In this document: positions 18,477 to 27,195 of the stretch, in pieces
Layout: each line of letters begins with the position of its first letter
Position numbering within the stretch: the first letter of the stretch is position 1
Source of the DNA: Candidatus Woesearchaeota archaeon UBA119
GTDB lineage: Archaea; Nanobdellota; Nanobdellia; Woesearchaeales; UBA119
Length of the DNA stretch: 36,670 bases
NCBI GenBank assembly: GCA_002505945.1
Contig: DAWM01000022.1
Span: 19,032-55,701, forward strand
Direction of reading: 5' to 3'
Notes under the pieces: generated by a model
Told to the model about the DNA's origin: nothing
The model's database searches: none
What the model saw: only the letters and a program-made list of their open reading frames with translations
Translations under genes and position numbers: made by a program

Positions 18477-18491
18477 GAAAAACTTATTAAG
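18477..18491 (+). promoter_or_regulatory. BRE/TATA promoter of lgt, probable leaderless transcript
   Basis: GAAAAA-CTTATTAA ends 22 nt before ATG 18513; no SD. Confidence 0.5.
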
Positions 18492-18512
18492 AAAACCTCC
18501 TAAAGGCATATT

Positions 18513-19331
18513 ATGCTGACATATGAACCACATCCTGTTTTATTCTCCCTCTTTGGATTTGAAATAAGGTATTATGGACTCTTTTACCTGATTGGCTTCT
18601 TAGTTGTGTTTTTTATGTATAATCGCCTGTCTAAGAGATTAAAAGGCTTAAATCATTCAAGAGACAAAGCCTTTGAGATGCTTTTTTGGGGCTTGGTGGG
18701 GGGAATATTCTTTGCCCGCCTCTTTTATGTTTTCTTTTATGACTTCTCCTATTACTCAACTCATATTCTTGAATCCTTCTTAATCTGGAAAGGTGGATTA
18801 TCATTTCATGGTGGGCTGGTTGGTGCTGTGTTTTTTACATATCTTTTCTGTAAGCATAACTCTATCGATTTTCTTGAGGTTGCAGATATTGTGGTAATCC
18901 CTGCTGCTTTGGCACTTGCCTTAGGAAGACTAGGTAATTTTCTCAATGGGGAATTATATGGCAGAGTAACAAATGTGCCCTGGGCTGTCCGTTTCACGAC
19001 TGATCCTCTATTAAAACCAAGACATCCTTCTCAGATATATGAATCTTTCAAGAATGTTTTAATTTTCCTTATCCTTTATCTGTTCTTCAGGCTTAAGTAT
19101 ATAAGAATGAAAGTAAGGGAAAGAAGAGGCTTAATCTTAATATACTTTATTTTTCTTTATGGCCTGTTTCGCTTCTTTGTAGAGTTCTTTAGAGCTCCTG
19201 ATCCGCAATTGGGTTTACTCTGGCTTGGTTTATCAATGGGTCAGTGGTTTTCTTTGTTTATGGTTATTTCAGCATTCTTGCTCTACTTCTTTAAGAGATA
19301 CAAGCAAAACTCTGCTCGGATAACCAATTGA
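18513..19331 (+). CDS. lgt: Prolipoprotein diacylglyceryl transferase
   Basis: IRYYGLFY, ARLFYV, IWKGGLSFHGG, Lgt signature GRLGNFLNGELYG, RHPSQIYE, YGLFRFFVEFFR and SMGQW; multiple TM helices. Confidence 0.95.
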   Translation: MLTYEPHPVLFSLFGFEIRYYGLFYLIGFLVVFFMYNRLSKRLKGLNHSRDKAFEMLFWGLVGGIFFARLFYVFFYDFSYYSTHILESFLIWKGGLSFHGGLVGAVFFTYLFCKHNSIDFLEVADIVVIPAALALALGRLGNFLNGELYGRVTNVPWAVRFTTDPLLKPRHPSQIYESFKNVLIFLILYLFFRLKYIRMKVRERRGLILIYFIFLYGLFRFFVEFFRAPDPQLGLLWLGLSMGQWFSLFMVISAFLLYFFKRYKQNSARITN

Positions 19332-19536
19332 TGTTGAGTTTCATTTTTTGATACTCGTTTTTGCTATTCCTTAATCGCAAAAAATCGTAATTTTTTAATA
19401 GTAGTAATTGTTTGTATCTTTAGAATCAGAGAAAAAGTCAATCCTTTTCGTTTGTTCTTTTTGTTTTGGAAGGGTTTGAAATTTATCTGCGAGGTAAATC
19501 TTATATGAAAAAAATAAAAAAGAAGGTGGTTTTAAC

Positions 19537-20358
19537 ATGATTGTGAATGAAGAATTTTTAGGAAAGCTGAGAAATTACTTTTCTTTAAACCTTTACGAGG
19601 TGAAGATATGGACTGCCTTGCTCTCAAGAGGGACTGCAACTGCAGGGGAGCTTTCAGATATAGCTAATGTTCCTCGTTCAAGAAGCTATGATGTCCTGGA
19701 GAGCCTTGAAAAGAAGGGTTTTGTCATCATGAAGTTTGGCAAACCAATAAAGTACTATGCGGTTCCTCCAGAGGAGGTTATCTCCAGAGTAAAGAAAAAC
19801 CTTCGTAAGGAAACAGAGAAGCAAATTAAGAAGATAGAGAATGCTGCATCTGGCGAAATCCTAAAGGAACTCAACATGCTTCATTCTCAGGGGGTTGAGC
19901 TGGTTGAACCCCCCGAGAGAAGTGGAAGCCTCAAAGGAAGACATAACCTCTATAATCATTTTGAGTTCTTAATGAAAGGAGCAGAAAGGACTGTTACAAT
20001 TGTTTCAACTGCTCAAGAGCTTATAAGGATTTCTGAGAGCATAAAAGAGGTATTGGAATCTGTTGCCAAAAGAGGGGTAAAGATTAGGATTGCCACCTCT
20101 CTAGGTAAGTCTGTTCAAAAGGCTGTGAATAACCTTAAGGGGATTGCCGAAATCAGAGAGATGAAGGGAATCATGGCCAGATTTATCGTTATTGATGGTA
20201 GGGAATTGACCTTTATGCTACACAACGATGAGGATGTACATCCTTCCTTTGATGTGGGAATATGGGTCAATACAGAATTCTTCGCTTCAGCCTTGGAGAA
20301 TCTGTTTGAACTGGCTTGGAGGGAGATGAAACCTCTGAAAGTAAAAGCTGAGAAGTAG
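19537..20358 (+). CDS. TrmB family transcriptional regulator / chromatin-associated protein
   Basis: LNLYEVKIWTALL, ATAGELSDIANVPRSRSYDVLESLEKKGF, PIKYYAVPP, and a C-terminal effector-type domain (RFIVIDGRE). SD AGGTGG. Confidence 0.9.
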   Translation: MIVNEEFLGKLRNYFSLNLYEVKIWTALLSRGTATAGELSDIANVPRSRSYDVLESLEKKGFVIMKFGKPIKYYAVPPEEVISRVKKNLRKETEKQIKKIENAASGEILKELNMLHSQGVELVEPPERSGSLKGRHNLYNHFEFLMKGAERTVTIVSTAQELIRISESIKEVLESVAKRGVKIRIATSLGKSVQKAVNNLKGIAEIREMKGIMARFIVIDGRELTFMLHNDEDVHPSFDVGIWVNTEFFASALENLFELAWREMKPLKVKAEK

Positions 20359-20582
20359 TTATCTTCTCTAACTTTTTTCTTCTATTTTATTTATCTTTAT
20401 TTACCCTCCTGAAAAATCTAAAGTTTTATATATATTATATTGACTTCTCAAATAAATTTGATTGTTGTTGTCCTTTTTTGTTGTAGGTCTTTTATAGAAA
20501 AACTATAAAAATGATTACTGGGGACACATACTAAATTTTATAAACTGGCATGCTTAGAGTCTTCATTTATTGGGGTGAACAT

Positions 20583-23471
20583 ATGAGCGAAGAAACATCA
20601 AAGCAGAGAAAGAAACAAGATGATACAAAGGTTGTAATCAACATCCTCCTTTTTGTTGTCCCCCTTTTAATATGCTTATTTTTAAGGGTTACTCCATACT
20701 ATATTCCAATTGCAGACCAATGGGCTCATCAAACAGTATATAATTCTTTGCAGGCCCAGGTTTATTCCCGGCTTCAATCCTCTTATCCTGGCTTAGGACC
20801 ACAAGAACTGCAGGATGTTGTTAAGGAGGAAGTAAACAAAGTTATTCAAGAACAAGGAGCAGAGTTGGCACAGGCCGAGCAACAGACTGCTGAAGCATTT
20901 AGGAATAGGCTCAGAAATGATAACGGTACAACCTATCTCTTGGCGATTGATCCTTACTATTATCTAAGAAATGCTCAAAACATATTGGAGCATGGATATG
21001 AAGCAGATATTAAGACTGAGAGAGGTTATATTGATACTCATATCTTTGGAGGACTGCCTATCTCAGCAAGAAATGCTGCTCCTGACAAGATCCAGAATAT
21101 TCTTCCTTGGATTGAGGCATACCTTTTTAGAATTCTTAATTTCTTAGGTTTTAATATAGATTTGATGGCTGTTGCTTTCTTCACTCCAGTTATTCTTGGT
21201 TTATTAACGGTTATCATTGCTTTTTTTGTGGGAAAGGATATCTCAAAGAGCAATATTGGTGGATTCTTCGTTGCTCTTTATGTGGCAATCCACCCTTTCC
21301 TTCTTTCAAGATCCTTAGGCGGATTTGCCGATACCGATATTTTCAATGCTTTATTTCCATTGGCTTTGATTTTCTTCTTTTTCAAGCTTCTTGAATCAAC
21401 ATCACTTAAGAAAAAGCTTTTGCATTCTGCTCTTTTTGGGCTGGTGCTGGCAATATATACCAAAGCATGGGGGGGCTGGTGGTATACGTTTGATTTGATT
21501 CTTTTGTCAATTGTGATTTATGCAGTATACCGGATTTTCTTCTCCTTTATTCTCTTCAAAAAACATTCGAGAAGAACCCTCGGTTCAAATGTTCCGGGAA
21601 AGCTTTCCTCGGACTTAATCTCAATCGGACTGCTCTTGCTTTTCTCATGTATATTTGTTTCTTTATTTATTGGGTTTAATTCCTTCATCAATTCTCCTTT
21701 AGCAGCTTTAAGGGGAACAGAGCTTAAAGCTGTTTCCAAGGGCACTATCTGGCCAAATGTCTTTACAACTGTTGCTGAACTTAATCCTGGTGATTTTGGC
21801 AGCATTGTGCAGAATAACGGAGGCTGGTTAGCTGTATTGGTTGCTTTCTCTGGGATTGCATTGTTGTTGAAGAGGAAAGGAAGCATCATCGGTCCAAAGA
21901 TGGCCCAGTTCTTCTTGGTTCTCTTTTGGACATTAGCAACCATTTATACTGTTTATTCAGGGGTGAGGTTCAACCTGTTGATAGTGCCTGCCTTTGCATT
22001 GGCTTGGGGGATTGCTTCTGCAGTAATCATAAATCAAGGTTCTTTATGGGTTAAGAAATTAATAGATATCCCTGAGAAGACTGCCAAAGTTGTATTATTT
22101 GCTCTTCTGCTTTTGATTTTAGTGTTGCCGCAATCTACTGCTGGCGGAGACACCCAGAGTGGAATGTTACCTAATGCAATCAATACTGCAAGAGGTCATA
22201 CCCCTCAGATGGCAGATGCTTGGTTTGAAACCTTAACTAAAATCAAAGAGGAAAGCGAAGAAGATGCGATAATCAATTCATGGTGGGATTTTGGTCATTG
22301 GTTTAAGGCAATTGCAGACCGCCCTGTTACATTAGATGGTGGAATTCAGAATAATCCACAGGCTCACTGGCTGGGTAAACTCATGCTTACTAATGATGAG
22401 AGACTTTCTGTAGGGATACTAAGGATGCTTGATTGTGGTGCAACCTTAGCTTATGATACAATATACAACTTAACTAATGATGATCTGGAAGCCATTGATA
22501 CCTTATATAAAATCCTAGAGATGGACAGAGATGAGGCAAACTCTTTCCTGGAAGAGAAATTCGGTAAAGAAGATGCTTTAAGAGTTCTTAATTATAGCCA
22601 TTGCAACCCTCCTGAAAACTACTTTATAGCTTCAGAGGACATGGTAAGCAAGTCAGGCGTGTGGGCTCACTTTGGCTCATGGAATTTTACCAAGGCCAAG
22701 ATGTTTTATGAAGTCAAATCAAGGAAGATTGATGAGGCAAGGGAATTTCTGAAAGATAGATTTAATTTTAGTGAGGTAGATGCTGCAAATTATGTTACAG
22801 AGATAAGATCTGTTGAAAATGCAGATTACTGGGTAGCTCCTTGGCCAAGCTATGTTACTTCTGACTTCACTTTATGTCAGAAAATAAATGATTCTTGGGT
22901 AAGATGCATGAAATCCTTTAGTTCCAATCAGGGTGTAGTCTTAAATATAAATGTTGATGATATGCGGGCTTATGCAATGGTTAATCAAAACACTCAGCTG
23001 GAAGTGAGAAAGTTTGTTTTCAGCAAGGATGATGAGGTTTATGTAAGGAACAAGCCTGATTCTGGATTCAACTATGGAGTGGTCTTAAAGGAAGAAGGAG
23101 GACAATACAGTTTTGTCTTGTCTGACACTCAGTTGGCTGACAGCATGTTTACTCGATTATTCTTTTTAGATGGTGCAGGAACCAATTACTTTAACCTCTT
23201 TTCACACAAGACTGATATGTTTGGCAACGATATTTATGTATGGAAGGTTGATTGGAATCCGAATGAAATAAAGGATAACTTTCATATTGTTGAAGAAGAC
23301 GAAGCTGTTGGGTTGATAGATAATCAAGAGAGTACAGAACAAGAAGAAGAAACTGAGGTAGGAGGAGAAGAAGACCAGACCGAGAAAGAGGAAGTAGAGG
23401 ATATTGAAAACATTTCTTCCATAATTAATTCAACCGAGCAAATGAATCTAAGCCTGGAAAATGGCAGCTGA
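20583..23471 (+). CDS. aglB: Archaeal oligosaccharyltransferase (STT3 family)
   Basis: AIDPYY, FADTD, TVAEL, WWDFG, DGG and DK-type EDMVSK motifs; many TMs. ATG 20583 follows SD GGGGTGA. Confidence 0.95.
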   Translation: MSEETSKQRKKQDDTKVVINILLFVVPLLICLFLRVTPYYIPIADQWAHQTVYNSLQAQVYSRLQSSYPGLGPQELQDVVKEEVNKVIQEQGAELAQAEQQTAEAFRNRLRNDNGTTYLLAIDPYYYLRNAQNILEHGYEADIKTERGYIDTHIFGGLPISARNAAPDKIQNILPWIEAYLFRILNFLGFNIDLMAVAFFTPVILGLLTVIIAFFVGKDISKSNIGGFFVALYVAIHPFLLSRSLGGFADTDIFNALFPLALIFFFFKLLESTSLKKKLLHSALFGLVLAIYTKAWGGWWYTFDLILLSIVIYAVYRIFFSFILFKKHSRRTLGSNVPGKLSSDLISIGLLLLFSCIFVSLFIGFNSFINSPLAALRGTELKAVSKGTIWPNVFTTVAELNPGDFGSIVQNNGGWLAVLVAFSGIALLLKRKGSIIGPKMAQFFLVLFWTLATIYTVYSGVRFNLLIVPAFALAWGIASAVIINQGSLWVKKLIDIPEKTAKVVLFALLLLILVLPQSTAGGDTQSGMLPNAINTARGHTPQMADAWFETLTKIKEESEEDAIINSWWDFGHWFKAIADRPVTLDGGIQNNPQAHWLGKLMLTNDERLSVGILRMLDCGATLAYDTIYNLTNDDLEAIDTLYKILEMDRDEANSFLEEKFGKEDALRVLNYSHCNPPENYFIASEDMVSKSGVWAHFGSWNFTKAKMFYEVKSRKIDEAREFLKDRFNFSEVDAANYVTEIRSVENADYWVAPWPSYVTSDFTLCQKINDSWVRCMKSFSSNQGVVLNINVDDMRAYAMVNQNTQLEVRKFVFSKDDEVYVRNKPDSGFNYGVVLKEEGGQYSFVLSDTQLADSMFTRLFFLDGAGTNYFNLFSHKTDMFGNDIYVWKVDWNPNEIKDNFHIVEEDEAVGLIDNQESTEQEEETEVGGEEDQTEKEEVEDIENISSIINSTEQMNLSLENGS

Positions 23472-24135
23472 AAATCAAGATTTTTTTGTGGTGCTTCCTG
23501 CCTATAATGAGGAAGGAGCAATAGAAAAAACACTTAAGGATGTTCTTAAGTATTCTAAGCCAGAAAATGTAATTGTAGTAGATGATGGCTCACAGGATGA
23601 AACATTTAAGGAAGCTAGAAGATGCAATGTGAGAGTTCTGAGGCATGTGGTTAATTTAGGCAAAGGCGCAGCTTTAAAGACCGGCTGTGATTATGCTATT
23701 AAGAGACATGCCAATAAGATAGTTTTGATGGATAGCGATGGCCAGCATGACCCATCCTATATCCCAAAATTTGTTTCTTTGTTGGATAAGTATGATGTTG
23801 TTCTTGGAGCAAGAAAAAGAACTAAGGACATGCCTCACACAGCTAAATTCGGTAATCTCTTCTTTGATGTCTTTGTAAAGTTCTTTCTTGGTAAAGAGAT
23901 AATAGATACTCAAGGGGGTTTTCGTGCTTTCAGGGCTGAGAAATATCCTTTGTTGAAATGGAAGTCTTCGGATTACACAGTTGAGACAGAGATGCTTGTT
24001 CACATAGTCGAGCAGAATCTTAGCTATACTCAAATCCCAATAAAAACAATATACACTGACAACTATAAAGGTACTACTGTGCTTGATGGATTTAAGATAG
24101 TTTTTAATATATTGAAGTTCAGGTTATTTGGTTAG
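23461..24135 (+). CDS. GT2 polyprenol-phosphate glycosyltransferase (DPM synthase / AglJ / AglK-like)
   Basis: VVLPAYNEE, VVDDGSQD, NLGKGAA, MDSDGQH, DTQGGFRAF. Overlaps the aglB stop by 11 nt. Confidence 0.88.
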   Translation: MAAENQDFFVVLPAYNEEGAIEKTLKDVLKYSKPENVIVVDDGSQDETFKEARRCNVRVLRHVVNLGKGAALKTGCDYAIKRHANKIVLMDSDGQHDPSYIPKFVSLLDKYDVVLGARKRTKDMPHTAKFGNLFFDVFVKFFLGKEIIDTQGGFRAFRAEKYPLLKWKSSDYTVETEMLVHIVEQNLSYTQIPIKTIYTDNYKGTTVLDGFKIVFNILKFRLFG

Positions 24136-24168
24136 TATGCTTATTAAGAAGAAAGAGGTGCAGATAAG

Positions 24169-24552
24169 ATGATTGGAATTCAGATATTTGCGGTGTTCTT
24201 TTCTTTGTTTATGGCTTATATAGCTTATATTAATTTCAGGAAAAAGATAATCTCTGGTTTGGCTTTTGTTTTGTGGGAAGCATTGTGGGTTGGCTTCATA
24301 GTAGTGGTTTTGTTCCCTTCTATTATGGATCCTATCCTTGAAGTGTTGCATTTCTATAGGCTTTTTGATATGCTTACAGTAGCTGCTTTTGCCTTTCTTG
24401 TCGTATTTTCCTTTTATAATTTCATTCTGGCTTCCCGAAACAACAAGAAAATAGAAAAGCTTGTAAGAAGAATAGCAATAGGAGGAGAGCAAGACCCCAG
24501 CAGCTCTTCTACAAGGGAAAAAGATAAAAAGGCTAGTAAGAAAAAAAATTAA
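24169..24552 (+). CDS. DUF2304 family small membrane protein
   Basis: Three TMs with W..LW, FP and R..D, and C-terminal KIEKLVRRIAI; follows the GT2 gene. Its stop overlaps the convergent gene's stop (TTAA at 24549-24552). Confidence 0.8.
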   Translation: MIGIQIFAVFFSLFMAYIAYINFRKKIISGLAFVLWEALWVGFIVVVLFPSIMDPILEVLHFYRLFDMLTVAAFAFLVVFSFYNFILASRNNKKIEKLVRRIAIGGEQDPSSSSTREKDKKASKKKN

Positions 24553-25535
24553 CTCCTATCAATATAGTTTACTCTCCATAAATCGCACGTTCTACATAGT
24601 TTATGGCTGTTATGGTTTTTTCTGAAATCCTTAAATTTCTTGCTGTCCCATATCTCTTTAAGGTTCTTGTCCTTTAGGTTGTCCATCTTTAAAGCAGGGA
24701 GAAGGCAGCAGGGAGTAACATCGCCTTCCACATTTACATATGCGTAGTTGAAAAGCCTTAAACATCTCTTGCCGAACATACCCAGAGTATGCTTTGCCAA
24801 TGGGTAGGCAGTTCTTACAAAGCCCTTTCCAACCCCGTATTGAATCATATCCGCCTGCAGCCCAATCTTGTCTGCGTGAGAAAATATTTTCTTGACCATC
24901 TCCTTTTCTTCCTTTAAGGAAGGCCTAGGCATACCTGGAGAGAATTCCTGCAATACCCTGGAAAGATTTAATCGTTCTGCGCCAACGCTTTTGGCAAAAT
25001 CACATATTGCTATTAGGTTGGAAACAGGTTTTTCTAAGATGGATTGGATTACGATAGCAGGCCTCTTATTCATCTTGGACAAAGCCCTTATGTTATCAAG
25101 TGTTTTCTTATTCATATGACCCCATTCATTCTCCTCATCAACAGAGTCTACAGAAAAAGTAATGCTGTCAATCCCTGCTTTAACAAGGTCATCCCTCATC
25201 TTCTGATTCAACAACAAGCCATTCGTGGTAAGCCTTACCTTTTTGTTCTTGAACTTACCAAATCGGACCATCTCAGCTAAATCCTTATGGGTTGTAGGCT
25301 CACCCCAACCGGTTAAGATAATCTCTTTTACTCCCCCCAGCTTATTAACAATCTTCTTGAATAAAGAAAGATGCATCTCTTTGTATTTGACAGGAAGCTT
25401 CTTCCTCGGGCACATCTTGCAGTCTAGGTTGCAAAGGTTAGTAATCTCCAGCTGAACTGTTTCAGGGACCTTCGGCTGAATACAAAAGATTCTGCCAATA
25501 TATTCCTTGAAAGGATTCATGTTTATATCAACCAT
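24549..25535 (-). CDS. Radical SAM protein with SPASM/Twitch domain
   Basis: EITNLCNLDCKMC (CxxxCxxC), GWGEP, TTNG, and C-terminal C...GDVTPCC...IWDS...CRTC. Start 25535 or 25520. Confidence 0.92.
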   Translation of the reverse strand: MVDINMNPFKEYIGRIFCIQPKVPETVQLEITNLCNLDCKMCPRKKLPVKYKEMHLSLFKKIVNKLGGVKEIILTGWGEPTTHKDLAEMVRFGKFKNKKVRLTTNGLLLNQKMRDDLVKAGIDSITFSVDSVDEENEWGHMNKKTLDNIRALSKMNKRPAIVIQSILEKPVSNLIAICDFAKSVGAERLNLSRVLQEFSPGMPRPSLKEEKEMVKKIFSHADKIGLQADMIQYGVGKGFVRTAYPLAKHTLGMFGKRCLRLFNYAYVNVEGDVTPCCLLPALKMDNLKDKNLKEIWDSKKFKDFRKNHNSHKLCRTCDLWRVNYIDRS

Positions 25536-26545
25536 TTAATTATTTTCCAATGGAGGTTAAGTAACGGGCTGAGAAACCAATCAATGCCCTTGCTCTTAAT
25601 CATCTCAAACTTCAAGTGACCTACAAAGTTCTTCATGAACTCTTTGTCCTCAATTCTTCTTTCCTTCTGTATCTTCCTTCTTTGCTCTTTAATCTCTTTC
25701 TTGTACTTTTTAAACTCTGAGTAACTCTTAAGCTTCTTAGGCAGCCATCCAGAAACCAGAGCAAAATAAAGCGTGGCGAGCTCTATTAAAAGGGAAGCAG
25801 GGGCAATCAGCCATAATGTCTTGTTAGAATAATACTTCTTAATCAAGAACCTTCTATGGAATTCTAAATCATAGAACTTGTCAGGATTCCTCTTGAAATC
25901 ATATTTGTGGTAGGCGATTGCATTCGGATTGAAAAGAAGCTTGTAGCCATATATCCTTATTCTGAAGCACAAATCAACATCCGAGTGATACATAGGAATG
26001 TTCTCATCAAAGAGCCCCACTTCATCCAGGATGCTCCTTTTTATCATGCAGATGCCACCGAAATCAGTCTCCTCAACCTTCAGTTTCTTGTCTTTTTCAT
26101 TCAAATGTTTGGGCCATCCGAAACCCATATAATTGAATATCCCCCCAGCATAGTTGATATGCTTTGGCTTATTATAGAAGAGTAGTTTAGCAGAGCAGGC
26201 CGCTGCTTTCCTCTTTTCAAGTAGCTCATACATGTTTTTTATGCAGTCCTTATCAATCTTCATATCATCGTTGAAGAATGCTATATACTTGGCTTTTGAA
26301 GCCCTTATACCAACATTTACTGCAGGCCCAAACCCAATGTTCTTTTTGGTGTTTATTATCCGAAGCTTACTGTATCTCTTTTTTGGAAATCTCTCCTTCA
26401 TAAACTCCTCAGAGCCGTCTGTTGAGCCATTTATTATCAGGATTACTTCCGTATCCTCAAAGGACTGTTCTAGAAGAGAAGAAATACATTCCTCAAGATA
26501 CTGCTTTCCGTTCCAAGAAACCACAATCGCTGAAACCTTAGCCAT
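25523..26545 (-). CDS. GT2 family glycosyltransferase (WbbL / rhamnosyltransferase-like)
   Basis: VVSWNG, NGSTDGS, NIGFGPAVNVG, FNDD, VGLFDE, SDVDLCFR, AYH. Confidence 0.9.
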   Translation of the reverse strand: MAKVSAIVVSWNGKQYLEECISSLLEQSFEDTEVILIINGSTDGSEEFMKERFPKKRYSKLRIINTKKNIGFGPAVNVGIRASKAKYIAFFNDDMKIDKDCIKNMYELLEKRKAAACSAKLLFYNKPKHINYAGGIFNYMGFGWPKHLNEKDKKLKVEETDFGGICMIKRSILDEVGLFDENIPMYHSDVDLCFRIRIYGYKLLFNPNAIAYHKYDFKRNPDKFYDLEFHRRFLIKKYYSNKTLWLIAPASLLIELATLYFALVSGWLPKKLKSYSEFKKYKKEIKEQRRKIQKERRIEDKEFMKNFVGHLKFEMIKSKGIDWFLSPLLNLHWKIIKWLI

Positions 26546-26567
26546 TATTTTGCTGGTTTTCTAAATG

Positions 26568-26582
26568 TTTTTAATCTTTTCG
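26568..26582 (-). promoter_or_regulatory. BRE/TATA promoter of the GT2-radical SAM unit, probable leaderless
   Basis: CGAAAAG-ATTAAAAA on the minus strand ends 22 nt before ATG 26545. Confidence 0.5.
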
Positions 26583-26653
26583 CTTTTTAAAATACTCCTT
26601 ATGCACAGAAATTCACTTGTTAAAGTTAGTGTGGCATTCAAAATAGATTTTTA

Positions 26654-26920
26654 TCATATCAAGCCAATGTTCTCCATAGGCACGCAGCAGAATAAGTCTC
26701 CGCAGCCCATACCTTTGTATGCTTTTCCCTGCTCGGAATCGCATTCCTCTCTTGTCTCAACACACTTACCTTTGTACTGATTTTTGCAAGGATTCTCCAC
26801 CTCATTTATAATGTTCTCTCTGAATACCTGGAATAAAAGGTATATCACGGTAATCAAAACAACAATAATCAAAACCCATTCAACTGCATTAAACATAAAG
26901 CTTGATTTCTTGTTTTTCAT
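26654..26920 (-). CDS. Small class III signal peptide-like (pilin-like) protein with C-terminal six-Cys domain
   Basis: MKNKKS/SF, a hydrophobic helix, then C-x7-C-x6-C-x12-C-x4-CC. SD AGAGGAG. Confidence 0.75.
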   Translation of the reverse strand: MKNKKSSFMFNAVEWVLIIVVLITVIYLLFQVFRENIINEVENPCKNQYKGKCVETREECDSEQGKAYKGMGCGDLFCCVPMENIGLI

Positions 26921-26934
26921 TTTATAATCTCCTC

Positions 26935-27195
26935 TTATTTTTTAACCATGCTGGAGGCGTTGAAACAGCAAAACTTATCACAGCCCATCCCCCTTCTAGT
27001 AATCATACCTTTTCCTGCACATTCATCTTCTCTTTCAACGCATTTTCCTCCATTATAGTTGTTACATTCAATATCAAACCTGTCGCTTCCTTGGTTGAAA
27101 AGATTGATTGCGATAAGCACAACTACAACAAGCGCGATCACGGCTAAAACCCATCCCACTCCGGATTGTATTATCTGTGATTTCTTATTTTTCAT
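26935..27195 (-). CDS. Small class III signal peptide (pilin-like) protein with C-terminal six-Cys domain, paralog
   Basis: True start likely ATG 27195 (MKNKKS/QII), overlapping the giant gene's stop by 11 nt. Hydrophobic helix, then C-x7-C-x6-C-x12-C-x3-CC. Confidence 0.75.
   Translation of the reverse strand: MKNKKSQIIQSGVGWVLAVIALVVVVLIAINLFNQGSDRFDIECNNYNGGKCVEREDECAGKGMITRRGMGCDKFCCFNASSMVKK

Noticed and set aside
24124..26780. Alternative-strand ORFs over DUF2304, the radical SAM, the GT2 and the mini-pilin genes
   Set aside because: They overlap well-supported genes on the opposite strand and lack motifs.
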